Origin: an uncultured Candidatus Saccharibacteria bacterium
GTDB lineage: Bacteria; Patescibacteriota; Minisyncoccia; Phycocordibacterales; Phycocordibacteraceae
Assembly (NCBI GenBank): GCA_964593365.1
Contig: CAZQGQ010000002.1
Coordinates: 85,671 to 149,670 of the forward strand
Direction: 5' to 3'
DNA length: 64,000 nt
In this document: in pieces, positions 56,126 to 63,647 of the stretch
How positions within the stretch are numbered: the stretch's first letter is position 1
Layout: every line of letters starts with the position of its first letter
The notes under the pieces: generated by a model
Seen by the model: only the letters and a program-made list of their open reading frames with translations
Database searches by the model: none
What the model was told of the DNA's origin: nothing
Translations under genes and position numbers: made by a program

Positions 56126-56335
56126 ATGCCCGATGACGAACGTGATCTTGACGCAACTGGCGGTTCGGAACTCATGGAGGAAATTCGGCAGTACAAGCGC
56201 AGCAATCCGCAGCGGTTTGGTGAAGCACGAATACTCTTCGCCCTTCTGAATCGGATTGAAGCACTCGAAACCCGACTAGCCGCCCACGAGCAGCCCGGCC
56301 CAACCAGCGGCGAGGGGGATCACCCGCTGAGATAA
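56126..56335 (+). CDS. Small hypothetical protein (69 aa)
   Basis: Strong SD GGAAGGAG 8 nt upstream, and a terminator hairpin downstream at about 56362..56390. Confidence 0.45.
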   Translation: MPDDERDLDATGGSELMEEIRQYKRSNPQRFGEARILFALLNRIEALETRLAAHEQPGPTSGEGDHPLR

Positions 56336-56361
56336 CCTCTCAGCCTCCGACACTAAGAACG

Positions 56362-56390
56362 CGGCGGTCCCAAGGGATCGCCGTTGTTTT
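56362..56390 (+). terminator. Intrinsic terminator after the 69-aa ORF
   Basis: cggcggtcccaagggatcgccg followed by ttgtttt. Confidence 0.55.
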
Positions 56391-56395
56391 ATCCT

Positions 56396-56423
56396 TTGAC
56401 AAGAAAAAAGCCCCTCCTATACT
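56396..56423 (+). promoter_or_regulatory. Sigma70-like promoter TTGACA-N16-TATACT driving the thrS leader
   Basis: Consensus -35 and a near-consensus -10. The -10 ends 7 nt before the leader-peptide ATG. Confidence 0.6.
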
Positions 56424-56430
56424 GGAACCT

Positions 56431-56466
56431 ATGCAGCTTCAGACAACTACCACCACCGCTCTCTAG
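56431..56466 (+). CDS. thrS leader peptide MQLQTTTTTAL (five consecutive Thr codons), leaderless
   Basis: ATG CAG CTT CAG ACA ACT ACC ACC ACC GCT CTC TAG, read directly. The Thr codons overlap hairpin segment 1 of the attenuator. Confidence 0.6.
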   Translation: MQLQTTTTTAL

Positions 56467-56530
56467 CGCTTGCGGCGTGGTAGTTACTCCTTTCGAAACC
56501 TACCCCGCCCAAGCGGGGATTTTTATTTAA
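56446..56530 (+). promoter_or_regulatory. Transcription attenuator with alternative hairpins 1:2, 2:3 and 3:4, ending in an intrinsic terminator (approx. 56503..56529) 22 nt before thrS
   Basis: Segments 1 (56446-59) and 2 (56472-84) pair over 12 bp. Segment 2 pairs with segment 3 (56500-08) over 9 bp with a 3-nt bulge. Segments 3 and 4 form the terminator ccccgc-ccaa-gcgggg followed by atttttattt. Confidence 0.6.
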
Positions 56531-56551
56531 CGACGTATAATAGCCATCACC

Positions 56552-58303
56552 ATGAACCCAGCATCTAAGGAACTCGAAGCAAAACGCCACACGCTCGCCC
56601 ACCTGCTTGCCGCTGCAGTTATGAAAATGCATCCGGACGCAAAGCGCACCATCGGTCCGGCTATCGACGACGGCTTCTATTTCGACTTCGAGTTTTCAAG
56701 CCCGCTGTCTGAGAAAGACTTCCCCAAGCTTGAGAAGGAAATGCGTCGCCTCCTTCCTTCCTGGAAATCCTTTGAGAAGTTCGACCTCTCCCCTGAACAG
56801 GCAAAGGAGGAGTACCCGGGCAACCCCTACAAGCATGAGCTTATCGACGAGTTTTCAAAAGATGGCGGTACCCTCTCCTTCTACAAATCCGGTGAGTACT
56901 GGGATCTCTGCCGCGGCGGCCACGCCGAGAATCCAGCCAAGGAAATAGCTTCTGACTCATTCAAGCTTGACCGGGTCGCAGGAGCGTATTGGCGAGGCGA
57001 TGAGAAGAACACGATGCTCACCCGTATCTATGCGCTTGCCTTTGATACCAAGGAAGAGCTCGATGCATATATCGCACAACGAGAAGAAGCCAAGAAGCGC
57101 GATCACCGCGAGCTTGGGGAGAAACTCGATCTCTTCCACTTTGACGAGGCCATCGGAAAAGGGCTTCCTATCTGGCTTCCCAAAGGCAACATCATCAAGG
57201 AAGAACTAGAGCGGTGGGCAAAAGATACTGAATCAGAATGGGGCTACGACCGTGTGACAACTCCTATCATCACCAAGGAGGACCTCTTTTACACCTCTGG
57301 TCACCTTCCCCTCTACAAAGAAAGTATGTACGCGCCGATACAGATTGAGGAAGAGACTTACTACATCAAGCCGATGAACTGTCCCTTCCATCACAAGGCG
57401 TATGCCGCTCGACCAAAGAGCTACCGCGATCTTCCTGTGCGCTACGCAGAATATGGATGGTGCCACCGTTTTGAGGATTCCGGCAGCCTGTTCGGCCTTA
57501 TGCGGGTTCGAGGAATGCAGATGAACGATGCGCACATTTATATCCAGAAAGAGAATGCCGTTGAAGAGTTTGTGCGGGTGATTCAATTGCATGAGTACTA
57601 CTACAAAACCCTCGGTATTAAGAACTACGAGATGGAACTCGCACTTCGAGACCCTTCTAAGATGGACAAATACCATGGAGACGAGGAGGACTGGAAGGAT
57701 GCCGAACGGATGACTATCGAAGCTATGGAAAAATCCGGCGTTCCATTCAAGGTGGTCAACGAAGGCGCCGCATTCTACGGACCAAAAATGGACTTCCAAA
57801 TCTACTCTTCTATTGGACGTTCCTTTACTGCCTCGACCAACCAATTGGACTTGTTCATGGGCAAGCGTTTCGGGCTTGAGTATGTAGACGCAGACGGTAC
57901 TCGCAAGACCCCCGCGATCATCCACCGAGCCCCCCTTGGCACTCACGAACGATTTATTGGATTCCTTATTGAGCACTATGGAGGCGCCTTCCCGCTTTGG
58001 CTTGCACCGGTCCAAACGCGCATTCTCCCGGTCTCTGAAAAGCACGCCGCCTACGGTACCGAGCTCTTTACCGCCCTCAAGGCAGCCGGTATTCGCGTAG
58101 AGCTTGATAGCGCAAACGACTCTCTGGGCAAGCGCATACGAAACGCGAAGATGGAAAAGGTTCCCTACCTGCTTGTCGTTGGCGATGCGGAGATAGAGGG
58201 AAAAACGGTCACTGCAGAAAGCAGGGACGGCGGAAAGCTCGAGCCTATGAGCATCGAGGCGTTTATCGAGCGAGCCAAGGAAGAGATCAAGACTCGCGCC
58301 TAA
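56552..58303 (+). CDS. thrS: Threonyl-tRNA synthetase (no N-terminal TGS domain)
   Basis: Starts in the second additional domain (HTLAHLLAAAV). Class II catalytic core and a C-terminal anticodon-binding domain are present. A TATAAT lies 10 nt upstream of the ATG. Confidence 0.9.
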   Translation: MNPASKELEAKRHTLAHLLAAAVMKMHPDAKRTIGPAIDDGFYFDFEFSSPLSEKDFPKLEKEMRRLLPSWKSFEKFDLSPEQAKEEYPGNPYKHELIDEFSKDGGTLSFYKSGEYWDLCRGGHAENPAKEIASDSFKLDRVAGAYWRGDEKNTMLTRIYALAFDTKEELDAYIAQREEAKKRDHRELGEKLDLFHFDEAIGKGLPIWLPKGNIIKEELERWAKDTESEWGYDRVTTPIITKEDLFYTSGHLPLYKESMYAPIQIEEETYYIKPMNCPFHHKAYAARPKSYRDLPVRYAEYGWCHRFEDSGSLFGLMRVRGMQMNDAHIYIQKENAVEEFVRVIQLHEYYYKTLGIKNYEMELALRDPSKMDKYHGDEEDWKDAERMTIEAMEKSGVPFKVVNEGAAFYGPKMDFQIYSSIGRSFTASTNQLDLFMGKRFGLEYVDADGTRKTPAIIHRAPLGTHERFIGFLIEHYGGAFPLWLAPVQTRILPVSEKHAAYGTELFTALKAAGIRVELDSANDSLGKRIRNAKMEKVPYLLVVGDAEIEGKTVTAESRDGGKLEPMSIEAFIERAKEEIKTRA

Positions 58304-58305
58304 GC

Positions 58306-58560
58306 CTACTTCCCTTCCTGGGAGAGCGCTTTCACGATGTCGTCTATCGTGAGCTCGTTGCGGTCCTTTTTGAGCGAACTGAACCCTTCATGGGACGAGT
58401 AGGTCATGCGGGGGCGAGACGCTCTGGTTGGCGGCTGCACGGGACCATGATGCGCGTCTTTCTTCTTGAAGAAGGCCGGGAAGACCTTAAACAGGAGCAC
58501 GTACGCTATGAAGGCGCTCCAGAGCACGAGGCCAAGGATGAAGAGGATGAGTTCGATCAT
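58306..58560 (-). CDS. Small membrane protein, hypothetical
   Basis: 84 aa; an N-terminal TM helix and a charged C-terminal tail. Confidence 0.4.
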   Translation of the reverse strand: MIELILFILGLVLWSAFIAYVLLFKVFPAFFKKKDAHHGPVQPPTRASRPRMTYSSHEGFSSLKKDRNELTIDDIVKALSQEGK

Positions 58561-58634
58561 GGTTTCCTAAAGTATGCCACAGGCAGGTATAGAAAAAGCC
58601 CCAGGTTGTTACCCGGGGCTTTTTCTTCTAGCGC

Positions 58635-60008
58635 TTATGCTCCAAGAGCAAGCTTTGCGCCGCGGATGCCGGTCATGCGGCTTCCTTCGATCATCGCGTC
58701 GATGCGAGAGGCGATACCGTCGGTGTCGCTCACTGCTGCACGAATCTCTGAAAGGAATTCCTCAATGCCCGTACCGTTAGCTGCTGCCGTTCGAAGCTGC
58801 TCGATAACGTTCTCGTTGTCATTGGCTTCAAGGGCCGTGACGAATGCGTTTACGTCTGTTGCAGATTCTTCTTCGGTCTCGTCAGCAAGCTCAGAGTAAG
58901 AAGCGTTTCCTGCGTAGGCTGGGACGAGGGAGCGGAACATGCCCTTTGAGAACATGAAGTACGCTACGCCGCCTGCACCTGCGATAAGAAGCACCCAGTA
59001 CGCCATGATTGCAGGAGAGATGTCTCCAAGACCCGTGTAAGGGATCGAAGAGAGGTAGACGACCTGCGGAGGGTTCTGCGGTGGCTCATCAGTGAAGACG
59101 GTGCTTGAGAACGCATTGTCGTTGTCATCATCGTCCTCATCAACGTTCACCGTAACCGAACAGGTTGCTTCGTCTCCGTCGTTATCTTCTACCGTCATGC
59201 GGAAGGTCGTGTCCTCGTCAACGGTTACGCGCTCTTCGCCGCCGTCCTCGTCAACTGAACCGATACCCTGGTTGATGCTAGCCTCTTCTGCGTCATCGGT
59301 CTCCCATGAGAGTGTTACGCGGTCTCCCTCGTCAACGCTCTTGTCGGAAGCCTCAAGGTCGCAAGATGGCTCGTCATCGTTGTTGTTATCGTTGTCATCA
59401 TCATCGTCGTCATCATCGTTTGAACCGTTGGTGATGTTGATGTTCGAATTGTTGTTCTGATCATCGTCATCATCATTGTTGTTGCTATTGGATCCTGAGT
59501 AGATGCCCGGGCCGCCGACATACTTGTTCTTGTATGCGTAGTCACCGAAGTCAGGGTAATTCTGGTTCTGGTTGGTATTCGTGCTGTTCTCCTGGTTCGT
59601 GTTGTTCTCGTTTGAGATTGCAACGCCGCCGATGTAGTTGTCGTTTCCGTTCTGATTGATGTTGACGTTGTTGTTGTAGGTGGTCTCGTTGTCGTTGTCC
59701 TGCCAGCTAAAGTTGAGGTTAAGGCCGCCTCCATAGCTCGATCCGTAGTTAGAACCCGATCCGTAGTTGTAGGTCGGAGTCTTCGGATAGCTGTAGGTGG
59801 GCTTGTACCCTCCGTAGCTACCGCAACACGAAGTCGTGCCGTAGATCGTGCCAGCGCTTGAGTAGCCGCTGCCACTTCCGTAGCTGCCACCAAGATCGTA
59901 CGTGCTGTACGCAAGAGCAGCAGACGGGATGGCAAAGCCAACACCGACGACCACCGCGATCACTGCAAGAACCTTTGCGAACCCATTGCCCGTGATGTTT
60001 TGTTTCAT
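58635..60008 (-). CDS. Surface protein with extreme low-complexity regions, an acidic Cys-bracketed domain, a TM helix and a C-terminal cytoplasmic tail
   Basis: A signal peptide is followed by G/S/Y-rich, N/Q-rich and poly-D tracts. An approx. 75-aa domain runs from CDLEASDKSVDEGDRVTLSWE to ATCSVTVNVDED. Then comes IPYTG plus a TM helix, with about 100 aa C-terminal to it. Confidence 0.6.
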   Translation of the reverse strand: MKQNITGNGFAKVLAVIAVVVGVGFAIPSAALAYSTYDLGGSYGSGSGYSSAGTIYGTTSCCGSYGGYKPTYSYPKTPTYNYGSGSNYGSSYGGGLNLNFSWQDNDNETTYNNNVNINQNGNDNYIGGVAISNENNTNQENSTNTNQNQNYPDFGDYAYKNKYVGGPGIYSGSNSNNNDDDDDQNNNSNINITNGSNDDDDDDDDNDNNNDDEPSCDLEASDKSVDEGDRVTLSWETDDAEEASINQGIGSVDEDGGEERVTVDEDTTFRMTVEDNDGDEATCSVTVNVDEDDDDNDNAFSSTVFTDEPPQNPPQVVYLSSIPYTGLGDISPAIMAYWVLLIAGAGGVAYFMFSKGMFRSLVPAYAGNASYSELADETEEESATDVNAFVTALEANDNENVIEQLRTAAANGTGIEEFLSEIRAAVSDTDGIASRIDAMIEGSRMTGIRGAKLALGA

Positions 60009-60069
60009 GTTTGAGTAATTTAGAAAGTAATTAAGCCTTTATTTTGTGCCACCTACGGGACAAACCCAT

Positions 60070-60097
60070 AGATACCAGTAGATTAGCACAAGGCAAT
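60070..60097 (-). promoter_or_regulatory. Sigma70-like promoter TTGACA-N16-TAATCT for the surface-protein gene
   Basis: Read on the minus strand. Confidence 0.45.
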
Positions 60098-60104
60098 ACT
60101 TTGT

Positions 60105-60127
60105 CAAGCCCTACCAAAAAACCGCCC
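60105..60127 (-). terminator. Intrinsic terminator after gene 60168..61262
   Basis: On the minus strand, gaccgccucagggcgguc is followed by UUUUUU. Confidence 0.7.
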
Positions 60128-60167
60128 TGAGGCGGTCATTTGGCAGTATCTATCTCCTTTTGGGAGG

Positions 60168-61262
60168 TTAGCGTCGGTCTCGAATCTGAGGCCAATCGCG
60201 TCCAGAGAGCGTATGTGTGCCGTCCTGGAGCGATTCCCAACGAACAAGGGCGGGTGCGTAGCTAATGCCACGGCGGCGCTCTTCTGCGGTTGGAACTGGG
60301 CAGATAACCACCCATCCGCGCTTGTCGGCATCGAGCATCGGAACTGAGATGGATCCGTTTTGTCCTTGGACAAACGCAGCATATGTTTCCATTCCAATAT
60401 CTGCGCCTGCAACGTCACGGATACCAAGCTGGCGTCGGTTTCGCTGAATAACATCAAAGGCAGCGCGACGAGGGTCGCAGGCGTCCCCGATGCAAAGGAG
60501 CGTTGATGGCTCAACATCTGGCCAGCACACGTCTGCGATCGTCGCTGATGCTGATTCGTCGGTAGGAACTACCGCTCCGACCACGAAGAAGCCGCGGTTT
60601 GGCATTCCCTCGATGACGATGTCTGCACATTCAACCTGAGGACGAGGCGTTTCAGGAGTTGGGACGTTCTCAAGGGTCAAGAACTGGACAGCGATGTTGT
60701 TGCAGATCTCAAGGTGCGTGAAGATAGCGACCTTGCTTGGATCAGCCTCATTTCGAACTACCCAGCGTTCAGCCTCAAGCATGGTGCCGAGGTGGGTATC
60801 CTCTCCCCGAGCTGGGGTTCGCACGACTCCGCGCCGAAGATCGAGGTTCACTCGACCGCCTTCGTTTACGAGAGCCTGGCGTCCACCGCTGGTGGAAATT
60901 GGACCCTGCGTCATGAGGTCGAATCGCTCGCCGTTAGGATCAAGCGTGTCCGGGTCTACTCCCTGAATGAGGGCAGTATCGAAGTTTGATGGTCCTTCGA
61001 TGATGCGGCGAGCCTGGGCAGACATAGCTGCGTCAAACCACGCTGGATGGCGTGCGCCTTCAAACATGGTGACTGCCTCTGCTTTGGTACCTCGGTACGG
61101 ATTGTCTCGGAGATATTCCAAAGTAACTGCCCCGCGCTCTGCTTCTTGCACACGCTCCTGAGCTGCTGCTGGAGTAGTAGTCGCAGCTTCTGCAGCACCA
61201 AGACCAATTGCTGCGGCAGCCATTGCTCTCCAATTAAATCCTCCTGGTTCTTTGCGGGCCAT
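60168..61262 (-). CDS. Secreted hypothetical protein
   Basis: 364 aa with an Ala-rich signal-like N-terminus. Several Cys pairs are present but no recognisable motif. Confidence 0.5.
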   Translation of the reverse strand: MARKEPGGFNWRAMAAAAIGLGAAEAATTTPAAAQERVQEAERGAVTLEYLRDNPYRGTKAEAVTMFEGARHPAWFDAAMSAQARRIIEGPSNFDTALIQGVDPDTLDPNGERFDLMTQGPISTSGGRQALVNEGGRVNLDLRRGVVRTPARGEDTHLGTMLEAERWVVRNEADPSKVAIFTHLEICNNIAVQFLTLENVPTPETPRPQVECADIVIEGMPNRGFFVVGAVVPTDESASATIADVCWPDVEPSTLLCIGDACDPRRAAFDVIQRNRRQLGIRDVAGADIGMETYAAFVQGQNGSISVPMLDADKRGWVVICPVPTAEERRRGISYAPALVRWESLQDGTHTLSGRDWPQIRDRR

Positions 61263-61309
61263 ATTTGTAAGGTTAGTTATTAGGGTATGCCACTTGGAAT
61301 GATACAGGA

Positions 61310-62008
61310 CTATGTCCCGTTTCCAAGGGCCTCGGTTGAATAAAGCTTCGCAGTCACGATGAAGCGGTCTGACTTTGCCCCGAAGGTGTCGCAGGTAGCG
61401 AGCGTGAGCTTCGAGCCTGAGACATCGAGCGGAATCTCGCCGCTTTCTGTGTTTGACTGCTCCACCGTTTCTACGGCGTAGGTATAGGCCTTATCTTTGC
61501 CATACACCGTGATCAGGTCCCCTTCCTTGAGGTTCTGGATCCCGTTGAAGGCCTTATAGGCCTGGTTATGGACCACTGGCAGGTAGCTTGAGTGCCCGAA
61601 GATAAGCACGTTTCCTTCAGCCCCGAGCGTTCCGGTTCCTGGGTAGCGGACAGCCCCCGTAAGCAAGGCTTGGTCGAGCGCGCTGATGCGGGTGGTGTTT
61701 GGGTTTGAGACGTTAGCCTCGACGCCTATCGCAGGGATCTTGATACGAACTGGGAGCTCCCCTTCTGCAACGAGCGCGACTGCTGGAGTCTCAGGTTCGG
61801 CAACTATTGGTGCGTTAGTTGGCATCTGACTAAAAGCAGCAAAGGATGACGGGATCATGCCGATACCAGAGAGCGTCTGGAACGAAAGCAAAAAGATAAG
61901 TGCAAAAAAGAAAAGGAAGCTCCACTTATGGGCGAGCACTTCCTCTACAGGGGTTTTTGCAGGCGCTGCGTGATGCGCGTTACTCATAGAAATACTATAC
62001 CACAGCAA
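61310..62008 (-). CDS. Sortase-family transpeptidase
   Basis: N-terminal TM helix. Catalytic His in VLIFGHS, catalytic Cys in LTLATCDT, and a conserved Arg (RFIVTAKL). Confidence 0.8.
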   Translation of the reverse strand: MLWYSISMSNAHHAAPAKTPVEEVLAHKWSFLFFFALIFLLSFQTLSGIGMIPSSFAAFSQMPTNAPIVAEPETPAVALVAEGELPVRIKIPAIGVEANVSNPNTTRISALDQALLTGAVRYPGTGTLGAEGNVLIFGHSSYLPVVHNQAYKAFNGIQNLKEGDLITVYGKDKAYTYAVETVEQSNTESGEIPLDVSGSKLTLATCDTFGAKSDRFIVTAKLYSTEALGNGT

Positions 62009-62080
62009 ATATGCTTCTTGTCAACCCCCGTTTCCCCTTTGTCTTGACAAAAGTATTGGGTATGGGGTAGATTACCGGGA

Positions 62081-63067
62081 ATGGAAACACCTTCATCCCA
62101 CGAGCAGCACACCCCGAGCCGGAAGGCTGCGGTTAACGGCCTCGCCGTTGTTGGCGTCATCGCGCTTGTCGTTGGCGGTATCTTGCTTGTCGTCTACGCA
62201 GCCCGCTACATTCCTGAGACCCTCTCTCGCCTCGCGGGTGCCGTGTACCTCTCCCCTGAAGAGACCGTAAACCCTGAAGATGAAGAAACCCCGGTAGAGA
62301 CACCTGAAACCCCAGAAACACCGGTGACTCCAACCACACCAGGTACAACATCTACACCCGCAGTTAATCCTCCTGTTAAGACAACTCCAGGTGGAGTCAT
62401 TACGGTTCCTCGCGCCCTCACCGGCTCCCCTGACCTTCAGCCTGAGATTCTTGCGCTTGGGTACCTCCAGAACAATTCGGCAAACTCGTTTGTCACGGCA
62501 AACGATCTTTCGGCAAACGATCGTCCTGCGATCCGCTTCCGTGTCCGCAACGTTGGAACAAACGCAGTGAACTACTGGCAAGTGCGCGTGGAGTATCCTA
62601 CCGAAGACAGCCAGGATTCATACGTCATCACCTCTCGCGACCTTCTTATGCCAGGCGGCTATAAGGACTTTACATTTGGATTTGATAATCCTGACGAAGG
62701 AAGCGACCGCCTCTTTGTCGTTACTGCAGATCCAGGTAATGGCGTTCGTGAAAGCAACGAAGGCAACAATCGCGACTCTGCATCTATCGACATCGGCCGC
62801 ACAAGTGGCTCAAACAACAACTCAAGCCGACTCGCTTGCGATCTTAGTGTCTCTCCAAGCCGCATTGACGAGGGAGAGCGAGCTACTCTTCGCTGGGAAG
62901 CTGATGGCGCTGATGATGCACGAATCAATGAGGGCATCGGCTCAGTCGACGAGGATGAAGGCTCTGAACGTGTCTCCCCTCGCGAAGACACCACGTATCG
63001 CCTGACGGTTGAGAATGACGACGATACTGAGACCTGTTCAGTAACGCTTCGCGTTGACGAAGACTAA
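62081..63067 (+). CDS. Membrane-anchored surface protein with a CARDB-like domain and a C-terminal acidic Cys-bracketed domain (paralogous to that in 58635..60008)
   Basis: N-terminal signal anchor, an ETPETPETP linker, and a CARDB-like region (RFRVRNVGTNAVNYWQVRV). The C-terminal domain runs from CDLSVSPSRIDEGERATLRWE to TCSVTLRVDED. Confidence 0.6.
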   Translation: METPSSHEQHTPSRKAAVNGLAVVGVIALVVGGILLVVYAARYIPETLSRLAGAVYLSPEETVNPEDEETPVETPETPETPVTPTTPGTTSTPAVNPPVKTTPGGVITVPRALTGSPDLQPEILALGYLQNNSANSFVTANDLSANDRPAIRFRVRNVGTNAVNYWQVRVEYPTEDSQDSYVITSRDLLMPGGYKDFTFGFDNPDEGSDRLFVVTADPGNGVRESNEGNNRDSASIDIGRTSGSNNNSSRLACDLSVSPSRIDEGERATLRWEADGADDARINEGIGSVDEDEGSERVSPREDTTYRLTVENDDDTETCSVTLRVDED

Positions 63068-63085
63068 GAGACATTTCTTACGAAG

Positions 63086-63114
63086 AGCGCCCGGTTTATG
63101 CCGGGCGTTTTTCT
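63086..63114 (+). terminator. Intrinsic terminator
   Basis: gcgcccgg-tttatg-ccgggcg followed by ttttt. Confidence 0.7.
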
Positions 63115-63142
63115 TTGACTTTAAACATTAAAATGTTATACT
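63115..63142 (+). promoter_or_regulatory. Sigma70-like promoter TTGACT-N16-TATACT
   Basis: It begins immediately after the terminator U-tract. The -10 lies 7 nt before a leaderless ATG that opens a 7-codon mini-ORF (MPQLSRG). Confidence 0.5.
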
Positions 63143-63191
63143 AATATCAATGCCGCAGTTGTCACGCGGTTAGAGTTCGGGAGCGTTTGTT

Positions 63192-63290
63192 ATGAGAAAT
63201 GGTCCTGGGGTAGCTTTCGGGTGTTTTGTTGTGGCCGCATTCCTTCTAATGGCGGTCCTCTCAATCCTCGGCTGGGATCCCTACAACTGA
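63192..63290 (+). CDS. 32-aa hydrophobic micro-protein (single TM), hypothetical
   Basis: MRNGPGVAFGCFVVAAFLLMAVLSILGWDPYN, with SD GGGAG 9 nt upstream. Confidence 0.3.
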   Translation: MRNGPGVAFGCFVVAAFLLMAVLSILGWDPYN

Positions 63291-63419
63291 TCAACAATTC
63301 TTCCCAAAACTTGCAGGCCTATCTTCCAAGATGGGCCTGTCTTTTTATAGTTGACAATTTCAGAAATGAGCGCAGGATTTATATACCCCGTACGGAAGTA
63401 CGGAACATGGAGCAAGCAC

Positions 63420-63575
63420 ATGACTGGTCGCCTTGATCAAGATCAAAACGAGGATCGATACAGAGTTCCGCCGCCGCCGAAAGACGGTATGGGAGGGGTC
63501 ATCATTGGAGCAACGCTCGCTGCGTTTGCCCTTGGTGCCCTCTTCCTGGCCTGGAAATTCGATTTATTCCCGTAG
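63420..63575 (+). CDS. 52-aa small protein with C-terminal TM helix, hypothetical
   Basis: MTGRLDQDQNEDRYRVPPPPKDGMGGVIIGATLAAFALGALFLAWKFDLFP, with SD GGAG 8 nt upstream (an internal Met of track ORF 63351..63575). Confidence 0.3.
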   Translation: MTGRLDQDQNEDRYRVPPPPKDGMGGVIIGATLAAFALGALFLAWKFDLFP

Positions 63576-63607
63576 ATCGTCCAAGATGACGCCGCGCTCG
63601 CAACATG

Positions 63608-63647
63608 ACTGGGTCTCCTGTACGTATGGAGACCCAGTTTGCTTTTT
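63608..63647 (+). terminator. Intrinsic terminator (11-bp stem) abutting the gyrB stop codon
   Basis: actgggtctcc-N9-ggagacccagt followed by ttgcttttt. Confidence 0.65.

Noticed and set aside
56430-56530. T-box riboswitch upstream of thrS
   Set aside because: The leader is only about 100 nt, too short for a T-box, and it lacks the conserved T-box sequence and specifier loop. The Thr5 leader peptide with overlapping hairpins fits ribosome-mediated attenuation instead.
58560-58640. Classical LPXTG sorting signal on the surface proteins next to the sortase
   Set aside because: Neither paralog ends with LPXTG, a hydrophobic stretch and a basic tail. The IPYTG+TM in 58635..60008 is followed by about 100 more residues, so a canonical sortase-substrate call is not supported.
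59092-59944. ORFs 59092..59460 (+) and 59315..59944 (-) inside the surface-protein gene
   Set aside because: They are products of the poly-Asp / poly-Asn codon repeats (GAT/GAC/AAC runs) read in other frames; the S/T/L homopolymer translations are not credible proteins.
59090-63060. Diversity-generating retroelement (template/variable repeat pair) as an explanation for the two similar acidic domains
   Set aside because: The two DNA copies are only about 70% identical, with differences spread across all bases and mostly synonymous. They are not the adenine-specific mutations of a DGR, and there is no reverse transcriptase gene in the window.
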